Part shown: piece by piece, positions 21,647 through 30,018 of the stretch
Layout: every line of letters starts with the position of its first letter
Numbering within the stretch: the stretch's first letter is position 1
NCBI GenBank assembly: GCA_963735595.1
Contig: CAVTLK010000005.1
Location: forward strand, 832,001 to 896,000
Reading direction: 5' to 3'
Source of the DNA: an uncultured delta proteobacterium
GTDB lineage: Bacteria > Desulfobacterota > Zymogenia > Zymogenales > Zymogenaceae
Length of the DNA: 64,000 nucleotides
Program-made: the position numbers and the translations under genes
The notes under the pieces: model-generated
Database searches by the model: none
What the model was told of the DNA's origin: nothing
Seen by the model: the letters and a program-made list of their open reading frames with translations, nothing else

Positions 21647-21952
21647 TCACGATCCGTCTTGGCCGGGCCGTCCCGATACGCGATCGTCCTTCCAGTTCCA
21701 CCACTTGAGGAGCTCGGGGTCGCGCCGTTCGGTCGACGCGTAATAGACGGCGCAGCGAAATACGTAGAGCATGCACCGGTCAATCCGTATGCCGGCCTGC
21801 GCGCACAGGGCGCCGTAGAGCTCTTCCGGGTCGCGGTCTTTCAGATCGGCGACCGACCGGATGCCCAGCCCGATGAGGTCGGCCGCGATTTTCTTCCCGA
21901 CCCCGGGGATGGCCAGCAGGTCACCGTAGTCATCTTGCACGGATCGGTTCAT
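21647..21952 (-). CDS. Helix-hairpin-helix protein (Cdd1/mitomycin-resistance family)
   Basis: IPGVGKKIA HhH, DRCMLYVFRCAVYYA, KWWNWKD. Confidence 0.85.
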   Translation of the reverse strand: MNRSVQDDYGDLLAIPGVGKKIAADLIGLGIRSVADLKDRDPEELYGALCAQAGIRIDRCMLYVFRCAVYYASTERRDPELLKWWNWKDDRVSGRPGQDGS

Positions 21953-22011
21953 TGATTCACCTTTTTTGCATCGACGATTCGATCTGTCGGGAGGTAAAAC
22001 CCTCCACCGTG

Positions 22012-23118
22012 CTATTGGCGTGGTGGAGACAGGCCGGCGTCGCCTTCCGTCTCCTTCATGATCCTGATTACCTCGGCGTTGAACGCGGCCGATTCCTCGA
22101 AGAGGGGAAAATGGGCCGACCGCTCAAACCAGACGACCTCCTTCTTCGGAGCGCGGAGCCGCCGTATGTATTCGTCGAAGCTCGCGTTGGCGGAGATCGC
22201 GTCGTAGCGCCCCATTATAAAATATGCCGGCACCGCAAGCTCCGGGGCCTGGGTAGTCAGGTCGATGTCCACGACGTCGCGGCCAAGGGTCCGGGCGGTG
22301 AGCATGCGGCCCCTGATGTATGCGGGGATGTCAAAGACCGTGTACTCGGTGGCGTCGAAATAGTAGCGCTCATAATCTTTATAGCTTTTCTTGCCGTAGA
22401 GCGCCAGGCCGAAATAGAGGGCCCACTTCCGCTTTATCATGAAGCCGTCGTAATTGTCGCCCTTAACCAGCACGTAGGCGGGTGGGTCCCCCAGCCCTGT
22501 CAGCTCCCTGACGGCTTCCTCGTTATTCTCTTCCCTGGCCCGGGTGAGGGTCAGCCGAAACGAGGTAACCTCTCCGGCCACGATGTTGACGACCTGTCCC
22601 ACCCCGATGACGGCGTGGAGGACCTCCGGGTATTTCCCGGCGGTCAGCACGGCCAGCGCGCTCCCCCACGAGTGGCCCATGAGGTACACCTTGTCTTTTC
22701 CGAACCGGGCCCTGAGATAGTCGATGACCCCCTTTGTGTAATCGACGAATTTATTGACCGTGAGGTCGGACTCCCGTATGTCGGACGAATACGATTTACA
22801 GGTCCCCGGCTGCTCCCAGTAGACCAGGACGAATTCGTCCTCCAGCGGTTCGTTGAAGTGGCGCAGCAGCGGCAGTTCCGGCGAGCCCGGCCCGCCGTGG
22901 AGGAACAGGAGGATGGGGTTATGGACGTTCCTGCCCCGGATAACCAGCCAGTTTTTTATACCCTGTATATCAACGGTGGTAATCTCGGCGATACTATCCG
23001 GTACGACCAACCCGGTGGTCTTGTCCTTTATTGGCAGCGTCACGGCGCAGGAGGCCAGCAGGAGGGCGGCAATCGCCAGGCACATAGCGCGGGTGTAGTA
23101 GTAATGAGACGTTTTCAT
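22012..23118 (-). CDS. Alpha/beta hydrolase lipoprotein (proline iminopeptidase-like)
   Basis: LASC lipobox, LHGGPG, GHSWG nucleophile elbow, SAHFP. Confidence 0.88.
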   Translation of the reverse strand: MKTSHYYYTRAMCLAIAALLLASCAVTLPIKDKTTGLVVPDSIAEITTVDIQGIKNWLVIRGRNVHNPILLFLHGGPGSPELPLLRHFNEPLEDEFVLVYWEQPGTCKSYSSDIRESDLTVNKFVDYTKGVIDYLRARFGKDKVYLMGHSWGSALAVLTAGKYPEVLHAVIGVGQVVNIVAGEVTSFRLTLTRAREENNEEAVRELTGLGDPPAYVLVKGDNYDGFMIKRKWALYFGLALYGKKSYKDYERYYFDATEYTVFDIPAYIRGRMLTARTLGRDVVDIDLTTQAPELAVPAYFIMGRYDAISANASFDEYIRRLRAPKKEVVWFERSAHFPLFEESAAFNAEVIRIMKETEGDAGLSPPRQ

Positions 23119-23287
23119 GGTCTGACGTGCCCCATGTCGAGGGATTGTCTGATGAAGCGTAAAAACGCCGCTTTGTGACCGAATAGTGTTTCCCGACGGG
23201 TATCGTAACAGACCGGCAACCCGTTTTCAATAGTAAAGATTGCGCATTGCCCGTGGGGAGGGCCGAGACGTCGGCGAAAGAGCCGGT

Positions 23288-23950
23288 TTACCGATCCGCT
23301 AACTCGGCGTAGGCCCTGACGGGAAACGACGCCCCCTTCTTTATCCTGAGCGGTACCGCCCAAAACAGGAACCCGTTTGCGGGTAGAGCGGAAAGGTTGG
23401 CCAGGTTTTCGACGATAAGGATGCCGGCCTTCAACAGCCGGGTGTGGACGGGACGCTCGGGGTCGGCCGTGTTGTCCACGTTGAGGAAGTCAACGCCGAC
23501 GAGCACGGCCCCGGCCTCAACCAGAAGCTCAGCGAAGCCCGTGGCCAGGTAGGGGGAGTCCTTTGCGTAGGCGTCCGTCCCCCAGAGCCGATCCCACCCC
23601 GTCCTCACCAGCACCGCCCGTCCGGCAATGTCCGAAGGCGGTAGAGACAAGGAAACCGCGCGGCCCGTCTTTGGGCCTGTCTCCAGCACGATGCCGTCGA
23701 GGCCCGCCACGCGGTCCAGTCCGACGGCCGCGAGATCCTCGCCGTCGCGGAACCGGTGGAATGGGGAGTCGATATAGGTGCCGACGTTGGTGACGGTCTG
23801 GATACGTCCGAGGTAGAACTCGGCCTTGCCGTCGTAGCGCGATCGGGACTGTTCGTGGTCGAGGTGCGCCCCGATGGAGGGCTGGGGAAGGCCGGGATAG
23901 GCGCCCGTGCCGTCCTCAAGGATATGTGAAAGCTCGACAAATCGTTTCAT
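23288..23950 (-). CDS. Cyclase family protein (kynurenine formamidase-like)
   Basis: GTYIDSPFH, VRTGW, VGVD, IVENLANL, PVRAYA. Confidence 0.85.
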   Translation of the reverse strand: MKRFVELSHILEDGTGAYPGLPQPSIGAHLDHEQSRSRYDGKAEFYLGRIQTVTNVGTYIDSPFHRFRDGEDLAAVGLDRVAGLDGIVLETGPKTGRAVSLSLPPSDIAGRAVLVRTGWDRLWGTDAYAKDSPYLATGFAELLVEAGAVLVGVDFLNVDNTADPERPVHTRLLKAGILIVENLANLSALPANGFLFWAVPLRIKKGASFPVRAYAELADR

Positions 23951-24078
23951 GGCAGGGCCTCTTCGTGAGGGCGGGATGGTAGCAGCATGCGACCCGGATC
24001 TACCGGCAGCCCCCGATGAACGGCGACCCGGTATCCCCAACGATAGCTCGTGACGGGGGCGGCCGCCGGCCCTGTCGT

Positions 24079-24528
24079 TTATCCCGTAATGATAATGGGT
24101 GAAACGATCTCGACCAGCTGAATCTCGAACGTGAGGTCCTCGCCGGCCAAGGGATGGTTCGCGTCCAGCGTCACGTTATCGCCGGCAATCTCGGTGACCG
24201 TAACGATAATCGACTGCTCATCCTCAAGCACGACGGACAGCTGCTGGTCGACTTCGATCTCCATCTCCTCGGGGAATTCGCTCCGGTTCACGACCACCAC
24301 CATCTCTTCGTGATACGGGCCGTAGGCATTTTCTGAGGGGATGGTGATCGTCTTTTCGTCACCCGGCTCCATCCCGATAAGGGCATCCTCCATGCCGGGG
24401 ATGACCTCGTGCTTGCCAACGGTAAACTCGAGGGGGTCGTCGTCGGCCGATGTATCGAACAAGGTTCCGTCGTCGAGTTTACCGGTATAGTGTATTTTAA
24501 CGGTATCGCCGTCTTTGACCTGCGTCAT
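24079..24528 (-). CDS. FKBP-type peptidyl-prolyl isomerase (SlyD/FkpB-like, no His-rich tail)
   Basis: HYTGKLDDGTLFD, AYG, LDANHPLAGEDLTFEI. Confidence 0.93.
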   Translation of the reverse strand: MTQVKDGDTVKIHYTGKLDDGTLFDTSADDDPLEFTVGKHEVIPGMEDALIGMEPGDEKTITIPSENAYGPYHEEMVVVVNRSEFPEEMEIEVDQQLSVVLEDEQSIIVTVTEIAGDNVTLDANHPLAGEDLTFEIQLVEIVSPIIITG

Positions 24529-24662
24529 GGTTGTCTCCTTATGCTGGATTACCGCCGACCGTGCGCGGTAGGCGTCTCCTTTCGATCGGGTGGGCGTGCG
24601 TAACGTGACCACCCGAAAAGATCGCCGCAAGGTCGGCGCGGCGGCCGTCCATCGGGAAAACC

Positions 24663-24699
24663 GGTCTTGAGAGGGCCGATCGAGCGCCCTCTCAAGACC
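24663..24699 (-). terminator. Strong hairpin downstream of the RRM gene
   Basis: GGTCTTGAGAGGGC / GCCCTCTCAAGACC perfect 14-bp stem. Confidence 0.6.
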
Positions 24700-24716
24700 A
24701 TAATTGGCTATGTATG

Positions 24717-24995
24717 TTAGTATCTACTCCGGAAGCCGCCCCCGGAGTCTCGGGGACCGCTCTTGGGCGGACGTGCCTCGTCGATACGCATAGTCCTTCC
24801 CGAGAATTCTGTGCCGTTGAGCTCATCCTTAGCCCGCTGGGCTTCCTCGGGGGTTCCCATCTCGACAAAGCCGAATCCCTTGCCCTCGATAATGTTTACG
24901 TGCTTTACCTCGCCGTATTCAGCGAATAGCTCCTGTAACTGCTCGTTGGTTACGGAATAGGTGAGGTTGCCGACGTACAGCTTGCTGCCCTGCAT
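24717..24995 (-). CDS. RRM RNA-binding protein with Gly-rich tail
   Basis: RNP2 LYVGNL, RNP1 KGFGFVEM; GGAGG Shine-Dalgarno upstream. Confidence 0.95.
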   Translation of the reverse strand: MQGSKLYVGNLTYSVTNEQLQELFAEYGEVKHVNIIEGKGFGFVEMGTPEEAQRAKDELNGTEFSGRTMRIDEARPPKSGPRDSGGGFRSRY

Positions 24996-25659
24996 GATTT
25001 CCTCCAAGAGTGTTCTTTGTTTATCTCCGGTTCAATAATGTTTGGCGTGAGGCAGCAGCCAAGAACCGTGTGACCGAACGAAGTACCCTACGTATGAGAA
25101 CATTATTAAACACAAGAGAATGCCAAACACCGCAAATAATGCTACTGCTCGATTTTCGGAACCACCTCCTTTTTAACCGTGCGAATTATGTACTCTATAA
25201 TGACAATACCGTCGACGACGTATGGAACGTACGACGGTCTTAGGATATATCGATTCTGTTTGTTCAACGGATTCATGGGAGAGGAACATATTCACGGCTT
25301 CATATCCGTGGCAGCGGGGGAAGATGGAAGATGCTGATCCGAGGAGTACGTCTTGAGCAAATCGTGAAACGTGCAATATCAGTTATTCCGGAAAAAGTAA
25401 CGATAAAGTTGGAGACATTTTTTGGGCGTGAGTGCTTGATTGAGAATCGAAGGCTGTGGGCAGGTGCGAAAAACTGTACAGAAACATTGAATCTCGCGTA
25501 TAAACGCCTAAAAAACCGTCCGGTCTCCGTAACCGCAAGCGTATTATAGTATGGGATATAGGGAAGTCAACATTTTTTTAGATTAAATTTTCGGATACGA
25601 AAGGCGCACAACGGCCGCGAATCGCTAAAGAAAGAGGCTGGAAAAGGGCTAAAAAAGAC

Positions 25660-25708
25660 TTGACATCCGATTTCAATTGGATAGAATATACCAACTGGTT
25701 GGTATATT
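25660..25708 (+). promoter_or_regulatory. Sigma70-type promoter with overlapping TetR-type operator
   Basis: TTGACA (25660)-16 bp-TAGAAT (25682); palindrome AATATACCAAC-TG-GTTGGTATATT at 25685-25708. Confidence 0.8.
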
Positions 25709-25759
25709 TTTAGGATTCAACGCCATCCGCTGTTCACGATGGTTCGGGGGTGGTAACCC

Positions 25760-26353
25760 ATGCCGATGACAAAGGGAGACAGGACAAAGGAGCGCATCGT
25801 CCGGGCGGCCACGCGGCTCATCCATACGCGCGGGTATAAGAACACGTCGCTGGACGACATCTTTAGCGAGTCCGGGATCAACAAGGGGAGTTTCTACTTC
25901 CACTTCTCGGGCAAAGACGAGCTGGTGGACGCGGTTATCGACCACTTCTTCGGCGGCATCGAACACCGCCTGGTCCCGTTGTTCAACGGGCCGGGGACGA
26001 GCCTGGAGAAACTGTCCGCGTACTTCGAAGGCCTGGCCTGGCTCATGGAACGGTCCGGATGTACGGGGGGCTGCCTCCTGGGTAACCTGACGCTCGAAGT
26101 CTCCGACTGGCACGAGGGGCTGAGGGGTCACCTCTCGTCCTGCTTTGACCGCCTTAAAGGTCACCTGGTCAACGTAATCGCCGAGGGTCAGCGCTCGGGC
26201 GACATCCGTGCCGACCGCTCCGCCGATGAACTTGCGACGTTTGTGGTTGCGCTTATTGAGGGGGCGCTGATGCTTTCGCGGGTCAAAAAAGACATTAGTC
26301 CGCTGCGGGCGCTCTCCCGCGACGCCCTGGCGTTTTTAAGGGCCGTTAACTGA
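25760..26353 (+). CDS. TetR/AcrR family regulator (NemR-like)
   Basis: HTH GYKNTSLDDI...KGSFYFHFSGK; GGCLLGNL. Confidence 0.92.
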   Translation: MPMTKGDRTKERIVRAATRLIHTRGYKNTSLDDIFSESGINKGSFYFHFSGKDELVDAVIDHFFGGIEHRLVPLFNGPGTSLEKLSAYFEGLAWLMERSGCTGGCLLGNLTLEVSDWHEGLRGHLSSCFDRLKGHLVNVIAEGQRSGDIRADRSADELATFVVALIEGALMLSRVKKDISPLRALSRDALAFLRAVN

Positions 26354-26413
26354 TCACCGCGCCGTAACGCGGCGCGTGTAACCAAATACTTAACCCACCG
26401 AAGGAGAAACCGT

Positions 26414-27460
26414 ATGTCGCGCGATGTGTATGTCAAACTCTCCCAGTACCTCGATATGGCGCCGATCGGCGCGCCGCTGACCGATGACCTGATTGCCATC
26501 CTCGAGATCCTCTACACCCCCGAAGAGGCGGAGCTTGCCTCAAAGCTCCCGTTCTTCAACGCCGATTTCCCCACTCTCGTCCAGAGCACGGGGATGGAAG
26601 AGGAAAAACTCAAGGAAATGCTGGTGCGCATGGCAAAGAAGGGAACGGTCTTCATGAACGAAAAGGGCAAGTTCCGGCTCCTGCCCACGATGGTCGGATT
26701 TTCGGAGACCCCGTTCTGGCCGGGGAAACGCACCGAGACCACTGAAACCCTGGCCCGCCACTGGAACCGGTATCTCGAGGGCGCATTTGGCCAAGAGATA
26801 GGCGACCGGAAGCTCCCGATGGTGCGGGTCGTGCCGGTGGACGAATCCATCGTCTCCGGGGCCACCGTCACCCCCAACGAGAAGATAGACGATCTCATGG
26901 ACGGGCTCAATTACTTTGCCGTCGCCTTTTGCCCCTGCCGCCAGATGGCCGAGTATTCCGGGCAGGAGCACTGCGACCATTCCCGGGAGAACTGCTTTCA
27001 TTTCGGCTCGATGGCAAAGTACATGGTTACGATGGGTATGGCCCGGGAGATCACCAGGGACGAAGCGAAGTCGATGCTTCGCGACGCCCATGAAGAGGGG
27101 CTGGTGCACATGGCCGACAATTACGGCCCCGGTGTGTCCACGATCTGCTCCTGCTGCGGTGACTGCTGCGTGTTCATGCGGACCCGTAAGAATATCGGGC
27201 TGAAGAACGCGTTTGCCGATTCAAACTACCTGATGCAGGTGGATGCCGATCTCTGTACCGGCTGCGGCACGTGCGAGGAGCGCTGCCCGGTTGGGGCCGT
27301 CACCGTGGACGACGTATCGGTCGTCGATACGGAAAAGTGTATCGGATGCGGGGTCTGTTACCCGACCTGCCCCTCGGGGGCGATCTCCCTGGTGGAACGC
27401 CCCGTACGAAAGGAGATACTGGGCGTACAGGAGTTCGTGGATATATTGATGAAAGAATAG
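26414..27460 (+). CDS. 4Fe-4S binding protein of unknown function
   Basis: CPCR, ICSCCGDCC, C-terminal CTGCGTCEERCP and CIGCGVCYPTCP. Confidence 0.85.
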   Translation: MSRDVYVKLSQYLDMAPIGAPLTDDLIAILEILYTPEEAELASKLPFFNADFPTLVQSTGMEEEKLKEMLVRMAKKGTVFMNEKGKFRLLPTMVGFSETPFWPGKRTETTETLARHWNRYLEGAFGQEIGDRKLPMVRVVPVDESIVSGATVTPNEKIDDLMDGLNYFAVAFCPCRQMAEYSGQEHCDHSRENCFHFGSMAKYMVTMGMAREITRDEAKSMLRDAHEEGLVHMADNYGPGVSTICSCCGDCCVFMRTRKNIGLKNAFADSNYLMQVDADLCTGCGTCEERCPVGAVTVDDVSVVDTEKCIGCGVCYPTCPSGAISLVERPVRKEILGVQEFVDILMKE

Positions 27461-27483
27461 ACAGCTATCGGGAGAATTAAAGT

Positions 27484-28260
27484 ATGTCGAAGATAACCTA
27501 CGAGCGTGACGGTGCGCTGGCGGTCGTTACGTTGAATGACCCGCCGCTCAATCTGGTGGGACAGGAAATGGGCACTGATTTCAAGGCGATTCTTGACCGT
27601 GTCGAAAAAGATGCCCCCCGGGGCATGATCCTGAAAAACGACGAGGGAAACTTCGGAGCGGGGGCCGACGTGAAGATGTTCGTGGGCCTTTCGCCCGCGG
27701 ACGCGAAAAAGCTCTTCTCGGATTTTCTTGAGGTCATCCACCGCATCGAATCGCTCCCGTTCCCCACGATGGCCGCGGTGCGGGGACTGTGCCTGACGGC
27801 AAGCCTCGAACTGGCGCTGTCCTTCGATTTTATATGGGCTTCCGACAATGCAACGTTCGGCCAGGCCGAGGCCACCATCGGGGTCTTTCCGTTCGCCGGC
27901 GGCTCCCAACGGATTGCCGCACGGGCCGGCACCGCGCGGGCAAAGGAGATCGTCCTCGGGGCGCGCCTCTACCCCGCCGCGACCTTCGAGCGATGGAACA
28001 TCATCAACCGGGTGCTGCCAGACGCCGAGCTGGCCGGGAAGGCGACGGCCTATATGCAGAACCTTGCCGACAACGGCCCGACGGTGGCCATTAAATCCGC
28101 CAAGAAGATAATCAATGCCTACAGCGCGTCCGGCACCGCCGAGGCCGATCGGCTGATGATCGAGCTCGCCGGGCCGATATTCGATACCGAGGACGTAAAG
28201 ACCGGCGTTGATTCATTGTTGAAAAACGGGCCGGGAAAGGCGAAGTTCGCGGGGAAATAG
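27484..28260 (+). CDS. Enoyl-CoA hydratase/isomerase family protein
   Basis: FGAGADV, PTMAAVRG, LELAL, FGQAE. Confidence 0.9.
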   Translation: MSKITYERDGALAVVTLNDPPLNLVGQEMGTDFKAILDRVEKDAPRGMILKNDEGNFGAGADVKMFVGLSPADAKKLFSDFLEVIHRIESLPFPTMAAVRGLCLTASLELALSFDFIWASDNATFGQAEATIGVFPFAGGSQRIAARAGTARAKEIVLGARLYPAATFERWNIINRVLPDAELAGKATAYMQNLADNGPTVAIKSAKKIINAYSASGTAEADRLMIELAGPIFDTEDVKTGVDSLLKNGPGKAKFAGK

Positions 28261-28294
28261 GGCGTTACCCTGCCCGAATCTATACTATTTTACC

Positions 28295-28461
28295 GTCATT
28301 GTGAGCGAAGCGAGGCAATCCCCTGATTACGTCTCGGGTACGGCGGTTAGACGAACGTCATTCCTCCGTCGTCAGGGGATTGCCGCGTTGGCCCCGACGG
28401 GGCCTCCTCGCAATGACAATGAAGTCGTGTTGAATGGAAGAGGGCGGCTCGTGAGCCGCCC
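28295..28461. repeat. Palindromic extragenic (REP/RPE-like) element plus adjacent short palindrome
   Basis: GTCATTGTGAG.../...CTCGCAATGAC outer arms; GGCAATCCCCTGA / TCAGGGGATTGCC inner arms; GGGCGGCTCGTGAGCCGCCC at 28442-28461. Confidence 0.7.
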
Positions 28462-28470
28462 GAATCATCA

Positions 28471-29862
28471 CTAATTCCCGCCCCCGCCCGGTGACGGGAC
28501 CGCCCGCGTCCCCTTCTTGATGCACAGCTCGTCGTGGACGCAGATCCGCTTGAACAGGAAGTTTGCCGCCGCGCCGGTGATGACGTTGGTTACGGCAATC
28601 CCCCCGATCAGCCCCGGAAAGCCGAAGAGGATCGTCCCCAGCCAGGCCAGCGGCAGATAGAAGATAAAGACCCTCAACACGCTCATGACCGCCGCGATCA
28701 GCGGCCTGCCGATTGCGTTAAACGTCCCAGAAACGACCAGGAAGACCCCCTGGGTGGCCAGCCCCGCCGGCATGATCCACAGGTAATACGCGATATCCTG
28801 GATTACGCGGTCGTCCCCGGAAAAAAGGCGCGCGATTGGAAAGGCCAGCGCTATGAAGGCCGCCCAGCACAAAAGCCCCCAGGCGAATATGAAGCGGTTG
28901 GCCGCCGCCTGGGCCTCGTAGACCCGGTCAAACCTTTGTGCGCCCCAGTTCTGCCCGACGAAGGGGACCATGGCGCTTGAGAGCCCGATAACCACGACGA
29001 ACGCGAGGGATTCGATCCGCAACCCCGCCCCAACCGCAGCCACACCCTCCGGGCCGAACCGGGAGGCAAGCCAGGTCACGAACGTCACGGAAACCGGAAA
29101 CAGGAGATTAGTCCCCGTGCTGGGCACGCCCACGGCCAGTATCTCCGACCACGAGGCGATAAGGGCGCGGGGCGACAGCCACGAGACGGTCACCATGGAC
29201 AGGCGCTTATGGAGTATGAAGAAGGCAAGAATAAGGGTGAGGGCCTGGGAGATGACCGTAGCAAGCGCCGCCCCAACAAGCTCCATGCGGGGGAAGCCGA
29301 ATAGTCCGAATATCATGATCGGATCAAGGATGACGTTGAGCAACGCCCCGGTTACCATGATGATGCCGGGGTTCTTCGTATCTCCCGTGGCTCGGATGGC
29401 ACTGGCTGCCGTCATGGTCATGAGGATCGTGGGGATGCCGATATACCAGAGGACGATATAGCGCTTGATGAGGCCCAGGGTCTCGGGCGTCGAACCCAGG
29501 GCGGTAAAGAGCGGCGCGATGGTGGAGAGCCCCGCGATCACGAACGCCACCGATACCAGGAGCCCGAGCAACACCGCGGCGGTGGTGAGCCTCCTGACGG
29601 CGTCGATGTCCTTTTTACCGTATGCCTGCGAGATGACCGCGGCGGTTCCCATGGAAAGACCCACCGATACGCTAATGACAAATGTCGCCACGGGAAAGGT
29701 GAAGCTCATCGCGGCCAGCGGAATCGTTCCCAGCTGCGCGACGAACAGCGTGTCTATGAGGTTAAACGAGAAGGTGGCCGCGTAGCCCGCGATCATCGGC
29801 AGCGTGAGCCTGATGATGGTCTTCGCGATAGGCGCCTGGGTGAGGTCGTTTTTCATTTTCAT
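28471..29862 (-). CDS. MATE family efflux transporter
   Basis: DTLFVAQLG, RATGDTK, NVILDPIMIFG, VGQNWGA; about 12 TM helices. Confidence 0.92.
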   Translation of the reverse strand: MKMKNDLTQAPIAKTIIRLTLPMIAGYAATFSFNLIDTLFVAQLGTIPLAAMSFTFPVATFVISVSVGLSMGTAAVISQAYGKKDIDAVRRLTTAAVLLGLLVSVAFVIAGLSTIAPLFTALGSTPETLGLIKRYIVLWYIGIPTILMTMTAASAIRATGDTKNPGIIMVTGALLNVILDPIMIFGLFGFPRMELVGAALATVISQALTLILAFFILHKRLSMVTVSWLSPRALIASWSEILAVGVPSTGTNLLFPVSVTFVTWLASRFGPEGVAAVGAGLRIESLAFVVVIGLSSAMVPFVGQNWGAQRFDRVYEAQAAANRFIFAWGLLCWAAFIALAFPIARLFSGDDRVIQDIAYYLWIMPAGLATQGVFLVVSGTFNAIGRPLIAAVMSVLRVFIFYLPLAWLGTILFGFPGLIGGIAVTNVITGAAANFLFKRICVHDELCIKKGTRAVPSPGGGGN

Positions 29863-30018
29863 ACGTATTGTCTCTTCGCCCGCATATAACGGCCGTTTCA
29901 TACCTATGCTGCGCCGGCGCTATCCGGCGGGCCACCCCTGATACTCGTATACGAAGACGGGGGAAGCATCCCCCCGTCGTTTGCCGCTGCCGTCACCAGT
30001 CGAAAGCCGGCCGCCCTG

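Noticed and set aside
19243..21952. Split TfoX competence regulator (TfoX-N protein plus HhH protein)
   Set aside because: The genes are separated by two unrelated CDS and both families commonly occur alone; no evidence of a functional link
1172..25000. Integron-like cassette array (many small co-oriented GNAT/hydrolase genes)
   Set aside because: No repeated attC-like spacers and no integrase seen; spacers are unrelated to each other and GC matches the rest of the window
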